Part shown: piece by piece, positions 8,301-16,828 of the stretch | Numbering within the stretch: the first letter of the stretch is position 1 | How the letters are laid out: each line of letters opens with the position of its first letter | Assembly: GCF_900107395.1 (NCBI RefSeq) | Contig: NZ_FNPW01000001.1 | Span: 150,074 to 190,073 of the forward strand | DNA from: Pseudomonas sp. NFIX28 | Lineage (GTDB): Bacteria; Pseudomonadota; Gammaproteobacteria; Pseudomonadales; Pseudomonadaceae | DNA: 40,000 nt | Direction of reading: 5' to 3' | The notes under the pieces: generated by a model | Database searches by the model: none | What the model was told of the DNA's origin: nothing | The model's input: the letters and a program-made list of their open reading frames with translations, nothing else | Translations under genes and position numbers: made by a program

Positions 8301-9645
8301 CTATCCGTCGACTGCAATACGGGCTGTGGCGAACTCCTCCAAATTCAACTGCTTCGGTTTGTTTCGCTCATGCTCAATTCGTGCACGAGCGATCGCCATA
8401 TACCCGAGACAGTTTCCGTGCTCGTCTTGGTCTCGCTCGATGCCGATGAAGCGGAAGCCCTCGCGCATCGCCGCCTTCCCAGTGCTACCGCTGCCCATGT
8501 ACGGGTCAAGCACGGTACCGCCTGGCGGTGTGACAAGGCGCAGCAGGTAGGCCATCAGGTCTGTCGGCTTCACCGTTGGGTGGTTGTTTCCGGTGGTACC
8601 GACGTTCTCGACTTTGCGCAGGGTGGTGCCCCGCTGGAACTGCAGACCGGGATCGGTCAGGCCCTCGTGGCGGTCCTTGCGGCTGGTCTTGGCGCAGTAG
8701 AAGAACCTGGCTGCGCTGCCTTTGTCTGCGTGAAACTCCCCAGCCACCCGCGCACGCTTGCCGGTGACGTTGCCTGCGCTGGCTGCGCTAGCCTCAGTTC
8801 CGCGCACAGGCGCCGCCGCGCCAGCCTCAGACGGAAACGCCATCACCACCTCGTCGCTGCCGTCGTGAATCAGGTTGGCGGGCCAGCGGCCCATTCGTTC
8901 GCTATGATCAAGCCCTTCTCGCTGGTCGGAAATCCTCCCACTCTCCCCAACGGTCATTTCGCCTGGTCGTTTCGGAAAGGCCTCGTTTTTTCCGCGTGAG
9001 TGAGTGGATACGGTCTCTGTCCCGACACGACATCCGCCGATGTTCAGTGCCCCCGGTGCCGTACACCAACACGTTCTTTGATACTGTGCCAATCAGCGGT
9101 TTACGCGCTACGGTGATAGGCTCAAGCGCTGGCTTTAGGGCTGTGCCCCAGCCCTCCCAGTGCGCAGCCGCGTCGGTGGCTGGTGCGGTGATCGCTGATG
9201 TGTCGATGCGTGCGGATGGATTGCTTGCGTAGTTTCCGCCACGCATGTCGGTGATTGGCGTCGCAGCTCGCCCGGTTTTTCGACCGACTACCTCACGCTC
9301 AGCACCGGCCGCCTTGTCGATCGCCTTGCTCACGTCCATCGACTTCGGAAAGCCCGACCCATAGACCCAAGCGATCATGTCGCGGATCTCGAACCCAGCG
9401 TCCTCAATGCGGACCGCCATGCGGTGCTGAGTGCGGGTGCTGGCGAACGCGAGCAGGTGGCCGCCAGGCTTGAGCACGCGCAGGCACTCCGCCCATACCT
9501 CGACCGCCGGCACGTCGTGGTCCCATTTTTTTCCCATGAATGAAAGGCCGTAGGGCGGGTCAGTCACGATGCTGTCGACGGAGTTGTCTGGCATAAGCCG
9601 CAACTGCTCGAGGCAGTCGCCATGGTAGAGCTGGTATTCGCTCAT
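8301..9645 (-). pseudogene. beta-class N6-adenine/N4-cytosine DNA methyltransferase, split by a +1 frameshift
   Basis: ORF 8908..9726 carries the motif IV DPPYG and ends ...NVLVYGTGGTEHRR. ORF 8301..9092 continues ...GALNIGGCRVGTE... and carries the SAM motif DPYMGSGSTG. Removing one G from the G5 run (plus-strand C run 9050..9054) gives the continuous reading YGTGALNIGGCRV. Confidence 0.8.
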
Positions 9646-9694
9646 CGCTTCGGCCCCGTGTAGATCAGCCAGGCCATGTAGAGGATGGGAAGGA

Positions 9695-10123
9695 TCATGG
9701 CGCCACCCGCCGAGCCCACTGCACATGCGGGCCTTCCTCGGTATCGAAGATCCCCATCAGGAACCACTCGGGGCCTGGTGATTGCGGATCCCAGCCATTG
9801 CAGTGACAGCCGCCCTCAAAATACGGATGGCTCGCCAGATCGGCGTCCATGCCCCAGGTCTTCAGCTCAAGGCCCTGCTGTGCCACCCAGGCCTTGTAGG
9901 GCGCTGGATCTTCGCCACCGCCGAAGTCTGGGATGCCCGGGTGATGCCACCAGCCATCCTCGTCGCGCTTAACTTCCACCGGCCCGAAGGGGGTGGAGCT
10001 GTGCAAAGCGCAGGGCATCACGTAGAGCACGTCCGAGTACTCGCCACCGCCGGAGCTGAAATCCATTTGGCACCCGCACTTCGCCGGCGCGCCATTCACG
10101 AACGATATCTTTTCGGTAGGCAT
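9695..10123 (-). CDS. hypothetical phage early protein
   Basis: 142-aa ORF with ATG preceded by GGAAGGA, in the tightly packed leftward operon. Confidence 0.65.
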   Translation of the reverse strand: MPTEKISFVNGAPAKCGCQMDFSSGGGEYSDVLYVMPCALHSSTPFGPVEVKRDEDGWWHHPGIPDFGGGEDPAPYKAWVAQQGLELKTWGMDADLASHPYFEGGCHCNGWDPQSPGPEWFLMGIFDTEEGPHVQWARRVAP

Positions 10124-10165
10124 GACTTGTCCTTCCGGCCAGGCGGCCGAGTTGAGAGAGTTGAG

Positions 10166-10345
10166 TTAGGGGTAGTTCTTGCTGATGCGCTGGGCGATGT
10201 CTTCGAGCTCGCCGGCTATTTCAAACATTTGGTTGTTGTCTCGCCTAGATACAACGGGAGAGCGATGCACGTTGCGGCCGCTCAAAATCCAGGCGCACAG
10301 CAGGATCAGCCAGGCCTCGGCCTTCCGGTGGATGAAGCGCTTCAT
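10166..10345 (-). CDS. hypothetical small protein (59 aa)
   Basis: Own translation: MKRFIHRKAEAWLILLCAWILSGRNVHRSPVV...ISKNYP. Its ATG overlaps the stop of the upstream gene (ATGA). It is below the ORF-track size cut-off. Confidence 0.35.
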   Translation of the reverse strand: MKRFIHRKAEAWLILLCAWILSGRNVHRSPVVSRRDNNQMFEIAGELEDIAQRISKNYP

Positions 10346-10809
10346 GCCTGCGCTACCGGGTGTGCTGCGTTCCAGAGCTCGAAGGCTTCTTGCGTGGTTG
10401 CCGCTTCGATCTTCTCGTCACACTGGTAGCAGTGCGCCACACCGCCGGCGGCGCCTACATCGCGGTGACCTTGTTTGCAGGGGCTCATGCGCCAGTCGTC
10501 ATCCGCTGCCGGCGCGCCCTGGCTGAGTGCGGCCTGGGTTTCAGCCTCCAGCTCCTCAAGGCCCCTGTCGTCGTCGACCATGGGCAACCAACGAGCAAGA
10601 AGCGCATTACGTTCGGTCAACCGACCTTCCAGCTCATCCGCCCGCTGATCCTGCACGGTCAGGCGCTGCTGTAGGGCATCGCGCTCGGCAAGGACGCGGT
10701 CGAAGTCGGCAGCCATTACCAGATCGCCGTCCTTGTCTGCCACGTATCGCTGGTCATTCCAGTGAACCCAGTAGCGTTTCACTGTGGTGAGTTTGTTTTC
10801 TGTAGGCAT
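10342..10809 (-). CDS. hypothetical phage protein with central coiled coil
   Basis: 155-aa ORF with GAGGA upstream of the ATG. The segment DRVLAERDALQQRLTVQDQRADELEGRLTERNALL looks like a coiled coil. Confidence 0.65.
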   Translation of the reverse strand: MPTENKLTTVKRYWVHWNDQRYVADKDGDLVMAADFDRVLAERDALQQRLTVQDQRADELEGRLTERNALLARWLPMVDDDRGLEELEAETQAALSQGAPAADDDWRMSPCKQGHRDVGAAGGVAHCYQCDEKIEAATTQEAFELWNAAHPVAQA

Positions 10810-10970
10810 AGGGAGTCCTCAATGGCCGCGTCACGACCAAAAGTGATGTCAAGGGGGGAGGAGTGAGAGAAAGTTTCGACCTGTAGCAAGGGCTGCTACA
10901 GGTTTCCGGTATACAAGCGAATTCGTCGTGACATCAGAATCAGTGGCACCTCAACTAAGTGGTGCCAAGC

Positions 10971-11078
10971 ATGAAGCGACTGACAGAGTGGATAAACCTG
11001 ATTGCCTCTATGATCCGTTTGGCTGACGTGATCCTCCGTACTGGGCTCATTGAGTGGATCAGTGATCGATTGCAGTGA
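10971..11078 (+). CDS. hypothetical 35-aa peptide
   Basis: Own translation: MKRLTEWINLIASMIRLADVILRTGLIEWISDRLQ. Its stop overlaps the GTG of the next ORF (GTGA). No clear SD. Confidence 0.2.
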   Translation: MKRLTEWINLIASMIRLADVILRTGLIEWISDRLQ

Positions 11079-11347
11079 GGTGCTACGATGGCGCCTTCAT
11101 CAAATTGGGTCGGCCCATGACAAAGCACGATATCTATGACGAGCTGGAAGGATTTCAGCTCTGGAACTACATGGAGTGCGAGAAAGACGAGGAAGGCCGG
11201 GAGACTTGGCGTATCAACGTCGAGGTGAAGCGGGGCGGGGAAGTAGTGGTGCCGGTTGTCGCTGGCGATCGCACATTCCCCGACCGCGGTCTGGCCCAGG
11301 TCGCCGGCCGAGAGCTTGGGGCGAAGTTGCTGGCGGAGCGTGGTTAA
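11075..11347 (+). CDS. hypothetical protein (start uncertain: GTG 11075 or ATG 11117)
   Basis: 90-aa ORF on the strand opposite to the early operon. It converges on and overlaps by 4 nt the end of the C5 methyltransferase gene. Confidence 0.4.
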   Translation: MRCYDGAFIKLGRPMTKHDIYDELEGFQLWNYMECEKDEEGRETWRINVEVKRGGEVVVPVVAGDRTFPDRGLAQVAGRELGAKLLAERG

Positions 11348-13506
11348 GCTGCTCGCGACTGCTGCTCGGTCACTCGCCATGGGTCGTTGGCCCTGGCCAG
11401 CGCCGCCATTGGCGGAGGGCTGACGCTGTTGCCGCACATGTGCACCTGCTGAGTCTTGGTGAACGGCTTGCCGTCGGCGCCGCGGTTGATGATGTAGTCG
11501 GCCGGGAAGCCCTGGGCCTTGTACAGCTCTGACGGCTGCAGCATCCGCAGGCAGATATCGACGATCACGTAAGGGGTGCCCTTGATGGTCACGGTGACCA
11601 GGCCGAGGCGGTCCTTGGTGGTGATAGTTGGCGCCGGTGCGTCGGCCCCACTGATGTTCTCGGTGCCGTAGTAGCTGATCAGGAAGGCCGCGACGCGCAG
11701 GGCGCCGGCTTCGATCTCTGGCGATAACTGCAACTCGACCAGCGAGCTTTTGCCTCCGCCTCCTGCTGTGATGGTGGGGGCTGGTTCGTCCACGGCTTGG
11801 CCGATACTTGCGCCAAACTGGCGCTCCATGAAGGCTGTCATCAGGCCGTGGTGAGTACCGCCGGCGCTGATGGTGTGTAGCGGGTCCGCGGCGTCTCGCG
11901 CATCGCAGTTTCCGCGCAGGTGCACCAGGTTTGCCGTCACCAGCTGCTGCTGGCTGCCGGTGTTGGTTACAGTCGTCATCGGGTCCTCGATGCTCTTGGC
12001 CGCAATGGTGTTGAAACCTCCGTTCATCTGGGCCATGAACACTGTCGAGATGCCCATGGCGTGCGCGGTGCCGGCCGGGCGCTGGTAGTTGCCACCGCTG
12101 GTGATGGTCGGCAACGGATCGTCGAGCGCTTTGCCTTCATCCGCAAACCGGAACTTGACCAGGTGCGCCGCCGCGATCGCGCGGTGGTTCTGGGTCATCA
12201 GCGTCCCGGCCGGCAAATCCACGGAGACCGGCTTGCCGGAGTACTCGGGTCCACCAGCGCCAACCAGCACCGCGCCTGTAAGGGCGTGTTTTACCCCTCC
12301 AGCGACAACAGTGCCCAGAGGCTGGTCGAGTCCTGGCACGCGCGGTTCCTGTCCGGCGCGCTCGCCATATCCGGTCTGGATCAGGGTCGGGCTGATCAGC
12401 GTTAGCTCACCGCGATTCGCGCAGGTGACGGTCGGCAGCGGGGCAGCTGGGTCGTTGATCCGGTCGCTGCCCTGGTGCGTAGCTGGCGCGATGATCGGAC
12501 TTGCCATGGCGAAAGATCCGCCGCGGGGCCAGGATGTCACAGTGCGCAGCGGCTCATGGGCTGACTGCACGCTATCGCCCGACCAGTTCGCAATCGGCAC
12601 GATGAACGGGTCAGCGGCATCGAGGACGAACTTCTTCATGCCCTTGGCGATCCGGCGCAGGGTGGCCGGCGCCAGTGGCTTCGGACGGTCAAAGATGCTT
12701 TTGCTCGGGATGGTCCAATCGATGCACTCGGCAGCGGTGCGCCACTTCTTTTGGTCCTTGGCCGGATTCTTGGCGTGGGTCGGCTCGGGCCAGACGATTG
12801 GCTGGCCGTCACATCGGGCGATCATGAACAGGCGCTCCCGGCTGGTCGGCGCGCCGAAGTCGCAGGCTTTGATCACTCGCCATTCAACGGCGTAACCCAG
12901 ACGCTGCAGCTCGGCGACGAAAACGGCCCAGGTCTGGCCGCGGCGTTTCGGGTTGGGCACCAGGAACTGCTGGTGGACCGGTACAACCTCGCCGGGGGCA
13001 GCTACTCCGCCGCCGAGCTTCACCACGCGGCCGGTGGTCTTGTCGCGCTTGGCCACCAGCGGCCCCCATTGCAGGATCTGCTTCACGTTTTCCAAGCTGA
13101 TGACGCGGGGCTTTTTCTTGCCGGCCCACTTCAGACCGATCCACGACAGGTTCCGGATCTCGCGCTTGCGCGGCTGACCGCCGGCGGCCTGGCTGTGATG
13201 CGTGCAGTCCGGCGACATGTGGAACCAGCCCACGGCCTTGCCGTCGCACTCGGTATCCGGATCTCCGTCGAAAACGTCGGTGGTGTAGTGAACTGCACCA
13301 GGGTGATTGACGGTGTGCATGCTGATCGCGCTGGCGCTGTGGTTCTTCGCGACATTCACCGCGCGGCCCAGACCCATCTCCAGCCCGGTACCGGCGCCGC
13401 CACCACCGCAGAAGAAGTCGACAACGATCTCATCGTCCTGCGTGCTGAAACCAAGTCCGTATTGGGTTTTAAAATCGAAGGGGTGTTTCTTCTGTTGTGC
13501 GGACAT
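11344..13506 (-). CDS. DNA (cytosine-5)-methyltransferase, unusually long (720 aa) with a reiterated target-recognition region
   Basis: Motif I DFFCGGGGAGTG; motif IV SPDCTHHSQAAGG; motif VI ISLENV; motif VIII TSRERLFMIA; motif IX RMLQPSELYKAQGFP; motif X CGNSVSPP. Confidence 0.9.
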   Translation of the reverse strand: MSAQQKKHPFDFKTQYGLGFSTQDDEIVVDFFCGGGGAGTGLEMGLGRAVNVAKNHSASAISMHTVNHPGAVHYTTDVFDGDPDTECDGKAVGWFHMSPDCTHHSQAAGGQPRKREIRNLSWIGLKWAGKKKPRVISLENVKQILQWGPLVAKRDKTTGRVVKLGGGVAAPGEVVPVHQQFLVPNPKRRGQTWAVFVAELQRLGYAVEWRVIKACDFGAPTSRERLFMIARCDGQPIVWPEPTHAKNPAKDQKKWRTAAECIDWTIPSKSIFDRPKPLAPATLRRIAKGMKKFVLDAADPFIVPIANWSGDSVQSAHEPLRTVTSWPRGGSFAMASPIIAPATHQGSDRINDPAAPLPTVTCANRGELTLISPTLIQTGYGERAGQEPRVPGLDQPLGTVVAGGVKHALTGAVLVGAGGPEYSGKPVSVDLPAGTLMTQNHRAIAAAHLVKFRFADEGKALDDPLPTITSGGNYQRPAGTAHAMGISTVFMAQMNGGFNTIAAKSIEDPMTTVTNTGSQQQLVTANLVHLRGNCDARDAADPLHTISAGGTHHGLMTAFMERQFGASIGQAVDEPAPTITAGGGGKSSLVELQLSPEIEAGALRVAAFLISYYGTENISGADAPAPTITTKDRLGLVTVTIKGTPYVIVDICLRMLQPSELYKAQGFPADYIINRGADGKPFTKTQQVHMCGNSVSPPPMAALARANDPWRVTEQQSRAA

Positions 13507-13559
13507 AGGGGATCCTCGCCGGTATATTGCGGATTCGTAGGGAAGTCGGATGTGATGAA

Positions 13560-14006
13560 ATGAAAATTTGGGATCGGTATCAGGAAGAGCGGAAGCACCG
13601 AAAAGATATTGAGGGGCAGATAAAGCGTATTGAACAACTCAGCAAAGTTGTTCCTGAGCAAAGTCTTGATATGGAGCTCTGGGGTTATGTTCCTGAGGAG
13701 GTCAAAACTCTTGAGCAAGCTGAGCAGTGGTTAGCCGTGCTGCAGACTGCGCAGCTTCGGCGCAGAGCCGAGCGGTATGGAATCGAAATGCCCGATACCT
13801 CTGCGGAAGACTTGGGCCGCCGGATGGAATGGGATGCGGATCAGAACGAACCTTACTATTTGACCAGCAAGGGCATGCGTCTCGTGAACCTCGCACTGCG
13901 AGAGGAAGAAAAGTATCGTTGGGATAAGTGGAATACGCGCATTTCCGTAACCATTGCGCCGCTCAGTTTGATCGTGGCGATCCTCGCACTTGTCTACGGT
14001 AAGTAG
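13560..14006 (+). CDS. hypothetical protein with C-terminal membrane anchor
   Basis: ORF 13527..14006 trimmed to the ATG at 13560. It is charged and helical, and ends in the hydrophobic tail ISVTIAPLSLIVAILALVYGK. AT-richer than its flanks and on the opposite strand to its neighbours. Confidence 0.55.
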   Translation: MKIWDRYQEERKHRKDIEGQIKRIEQLSKVVPEQSLDMELWGYVPEEVKTLEQAEQWLAVLQTAQLRRRAERYGIEMPDTSAEDLGRRMEWDADQNEPYYLTSKGMRLVNLALREEEKYRWDKWNTRISVTIAPLSLIVAILALVYGK

Positions 14007-14079
14007 GGTGCCGGCTGGCGTGATTCGTTGAAGTGTGCGTAGGCGGCTAACAGCCAATCGAATTACTGGAGGACGGTAC

Positions 14080-14808
14080 ATGCCTAACAGTTTTGCTTCT
14101 AAAGGCTTCTTGTCCTCTGACATAGACGCCTTCAAATCCTCAATCAAAAAGCAATATTCGGAGGAGTTTGATAAGGCTTCAGCGTTGTCCGAGCGAGCCC
14201 ATCAACAGCTGTTGAGTTTGCCCATGGAAGAGCAGACAGCGTGCATTCTAGCGGCCATTGTTTTTACTGAGCGCACCATACGGGGCTGCCAGGGGGCAAT
14301 TCTGCTTTGCGAATCAGGCCTTATCCAAGAAGCCCAAGTGCTAGTTCGTACCGCTACTGAAACTTTGTTTGCAGCTTCAGCACTAGTTACAGATGACCGG
14401 GTTTACGACCGAATGGCTCGCGCTAGCGATCATGAGGATTTAGTTCAAGCGCGAGGGATGATGAAGTCTCCTTGCTCGGACTTTACGGATGATCATTTGG
14501 CTGCCCTCCAAGAGGTTGTTGGGCGTGCGGAAGAAAATGCTGCTAAATATCCGATTTATGAGGCTGCACAGGCGGCCGGGCTGCTTCCTATGTATGAAAC
14601 CTTCTATCGAGGACTTTCCGCTTTAGCTAGTCATGCGACATTCCGGTCGCTCGACAGGTCTTTTGAGGGGGACGGGGAAAGCTTTACGTTCATCATGGGG
14701 CCCAGTGATAAGCAGCTAGCTTTTACATTAGGCACAGTCTGCTCGTGTCTTTCTGAAGCTATAAATTGCCTTAACAAAATATTGAATAAAGCAAATATGA
14801 AGGATTGA
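14080..14808 (+). CDS. all-helical hypothetical protein (DUF5677/AbiV-like impression, unverified)
   Basis: ORF 14035..14808 trimmed to the ATG at 14080, which is preceded by GGAGG. The segment RGCQGAILLCESGLIQEAQVLVRTATETLF resembles helical AbiV/DUF5677-type proteins from memory. Contains RMARASDH (Rx6H). Confidence 0.6.
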   Translation: MPNSFASKGFLSSDIDAFKSSIKKQYSEEFDKASALSERAHQQLLSLPMEEQTACILAAIVFTERTIRGCQGAILLCESGLIQEAQVLVRTATETLFAASALVTDDRVYDRMARASDHEDLVQARGMMKSPCSDFTDDHLAALQEVVGRAEENAAKYPIYEAAQAAGLLPMYETFYRGLSALASHATFRSLDRSFEGDGESFTFIMGPSDKQLAFTLGTVCSCLSEAINCLNKILNKANMKD

Positions 14809-14821
14809 TTGCCTTGCACCG

Positions 14822-15130
14822 CTAAACCTCGGCGCCAGTCTTGGCAAACTCTTCAAGCTGTCGCGACCACTTTTCAGTAACGACCATTTCAGGTCGTGAC
14901 ATGGTGGCGTAGCGGGCGGATTCTTCTGAGGGCGCTGCAGCCAAGTTGATCACTATCGTAGAGATCGTTTCCTGCCATTCCTCGAAGTCGTGGCGCTCGC
15001 CGAGGATCAGCAGGGCATCATCGAGCGCTTTCGAAACAATCAGCGAACGTTTCTCGGCGCCGATCCGCTCGAGCAGCGCCTTCTCCTTGGCGCGTTTGTC
15101 CTTCTGTAATTGGGCATTGCTCTTGGCCAT
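14822..15130 (-). CDS. hypothetical phage early protein
   Basis: 102-aa ORF directly downstream of the exonuclease gene in the leftward operon. Confidence 0.6.
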   Translation of the reverse strand: MAKSNAQLQKDKRAKEKALLERIGAEKRSLIVSKALDDALLILGERHDFEEWQETISTIVINLAAAPSEESARYATMSRPEMVVTEKWSRQLEEFAKTGAEV

Positions 15131-15205
15131 GGCCTACCTCTTCAATTCCACTGGCCGGCAGTGCCAGCCAGGTCTGTCGTTTGCGTTGTTGGATGCGAAA
15201 GCGTC

Positions 15206-16828
15206 TCAAGCTGCCACCTTGACCAGTCTCACGCCGGCCATGCTGAACTTGGCACCCTGAGCTGCGACCATCGCGTCGAGTGCTTCCCAGTCCACCGTCA
15301 GCACCGAAATAGGGGCTTGGCCGTAGGCGACGGCCTTGATCAACGACTCCAGATCGAACACTTCAGCCTGCAGGTTCACCGGCGCCGCAGTGGTGGTCAC
15401 TGGCTTCGTGGCGGACTGAGCCGGTGCGGTGGGTTTCACCGACGCTGGGCTGGCGACTGGTGCAGGCTCAACCGGCGCCCTGGCCTTCGCCTCGTCTTCG
15501 ATTCGCTTCAGTTCCTGTTGGCGGATCTGCTCGCGCTGGGCTTCGGCTTTCTGCTCCTCGGCCTTCTGATGTTCGGAGATCCGCACCTTGATCAGCGCGA
15601 TCAGGTCGTCGTTCGCCTTCATCACCAGCTGCTGAATGTCGTTGAACAGGAAGGCGTGATCGACTGCCAGCTCGGCCAGGCTGGCCAGATTGATGCGGAT
15701 TGCGTCCGCGGTTTGGCTGGCAGCAATTTTCGCTCGAGCCAGCTCGGTATCGACGGCGTCCTGCAGGCTGGCGATCGTGCGCTTGTTCTTCATGGCTCCA
15801 GCGAAGTCAGCCGTCACCGCGGGCAACACAACCCGACCCAGGGTCTTGTTGATCGCTGCGACGTGATCCGCCAGAGCCTGCTCGGCCTTTTGCTTGATGT
15901 TGCTCTTCACCAGCAGCTCTTGGGCTTTCACCAGCTTGTCGACTTTCAGGCGAGTTTCCCGGGCGTGTGCGCAGATGCGATCGAGAGATGAAAACAGCTC
16001 GTCGATGGTCTGGGTTTGCGAGAGAGCCTGTTTCTTCGCAGTGTCGACTGCTTGCTCGACATCGCTGCACCACTTCACAGCCTTCTTGGCGTCGGCGAAG
16101 TCCTGGTCTGTAACCAGCGTGGTCTTCACCGAGTCGATGACAGCCAGCGCCGACTCCTCGAACACCTTTAGGTTGCTCGCAGTGACCATGCCGGTCAGCT
16201 CGATGCGCAGTGCGGGCAGTTCGTCCGGGGCCTTGCCGACAACGATCGACGGCGCCTCGGCCATTTCGAAGTTGGCCAGGTCGGCCTCGAACTGCTTCCA
16301 GCCTTCGACCAGTTGTGCGGCGCGGCCGGCGACAGGCCGGTATTCCATGTGCACGAAGTTCTCGGCGGTGCCGTCAGAGCAAACAAAAATCACGCGTTCG
16401 GCGCCGCTCACCAGCAGCTGCTGCTCAAGCTGCCAGAAGTAGTGCGGCTCCAGCTCCCCGGCCTTCACCTGGGCAACCAGCGACTCGTTCCACAGCTTGT
16501 GCTCGAACAGGGTCTCGCCAAGCATCGTGGCGCCGTCCATGGAGGCCAGCAGTTTGCCGTTGGTGCCCACGACAGGGTAGAGCTCTTCGCCGATCATGGC
16601 CTCGACAAGCGGGCGGGCCAGAGCTTCGGTGGCGTGACCCTTGTCGAAGATGTGTTGTTGAGCTGGGGTGATCTCCGGCGTGATGCCGGTTTTCTTCACG
16701 GTCAGCAGGTCAGTCCGGGTTTGGTATTTCGAGACGCCCATCATGGCGGGGGCCTCGGAGGCGGTGTCGTGCTGGGCGCGGAGGGCATTCCACTCGGCGG
16801 AGCCTTGGACTATGTTGTGAATTTTCAT
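15206..16828 (-). CDS. YqaJ-type (lambda Exo-like) recombination exonuclease with a long C-terminal extension
   Basis: The N-terminus MKIHNIVQGSAEWNALRAQHDTASEAPAMMGVSKYQTRTDLL is the YqaJ signature. Its start overlaps the end of the upstream RecT gene. Roughly 340 residues follow the nuclease domain. Confidence 0.8.
   Translation of the reverse strand: MKIHNIVQGSAEWNALRAQHDTASEAPAMMGVSKYQTRTDLLTVKKTGITPEITPAQQHIFDKGHATEALARPLVEAMIGEELYPVVGTNGKLLASMDGATMLGETLFEHKLWNESLVAQVKAGELEPHYFWQLEQQLLVSGAERVIFVCSDGTAENFVHMEYRPVAGRAAQLVEGWKQFEADLANFEMAEAPSIVVGKAPDELPALRIELTGMVTASNLKVFEESALAVIDSVKTTLVTDQDFADAKKAVKWCSDVEQAVDTAKKQALSQTQTIDELFSSLDRICAHARETRLKVDKLVKAQELLVKSNIKQKAEQALADHVAAINKTLGRVVLPAVTADFAGAMKNKRTIASLQDAVDTELARAKIAASQTADAIRINLASLAELAVDHAFLFNDIQQLVMKANDDLIALIKVRISEHQKAEEQKAEAQREQIRQQELKRIEDEAKARAPVEPAPVASPASVKPTAPAQSATKPVTTTAAPVNLQAEVFDLESLIKAVAYGQAPISVLTVDWEALDAMVAAQGAKFSMAGVRLVKVAA

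Noticed and set aside
8908-9092. Treating ORFs 8301..9092 and 8908..9726 as two overlapping genes
   Set aside because: The catalytic and SAM-binding halves of one methyltransferase are split between them. They rejoin by removing one base in a G5 run, so a single frameshifted gene is the better explanation.
9642-9698. 18-aa hydrophobic mini-ORF (MILPILYMAWLIYTGPKR) bridging two genes with ATGA overlaps at both ends
   Set aside because: It is too short to support as a gene from sequence alone. It may merely reflect translational coupling spacing.
10955-11437. 160-aa minus-strand ORF spanning the AT-rich gap
   Set aside because: It runs from inside the methylase 3' end through a region with better plus-strand candidates. 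It has no SD and an implausible composition. It is kept only as a caveat on the low confidence of the plus-strand calls.
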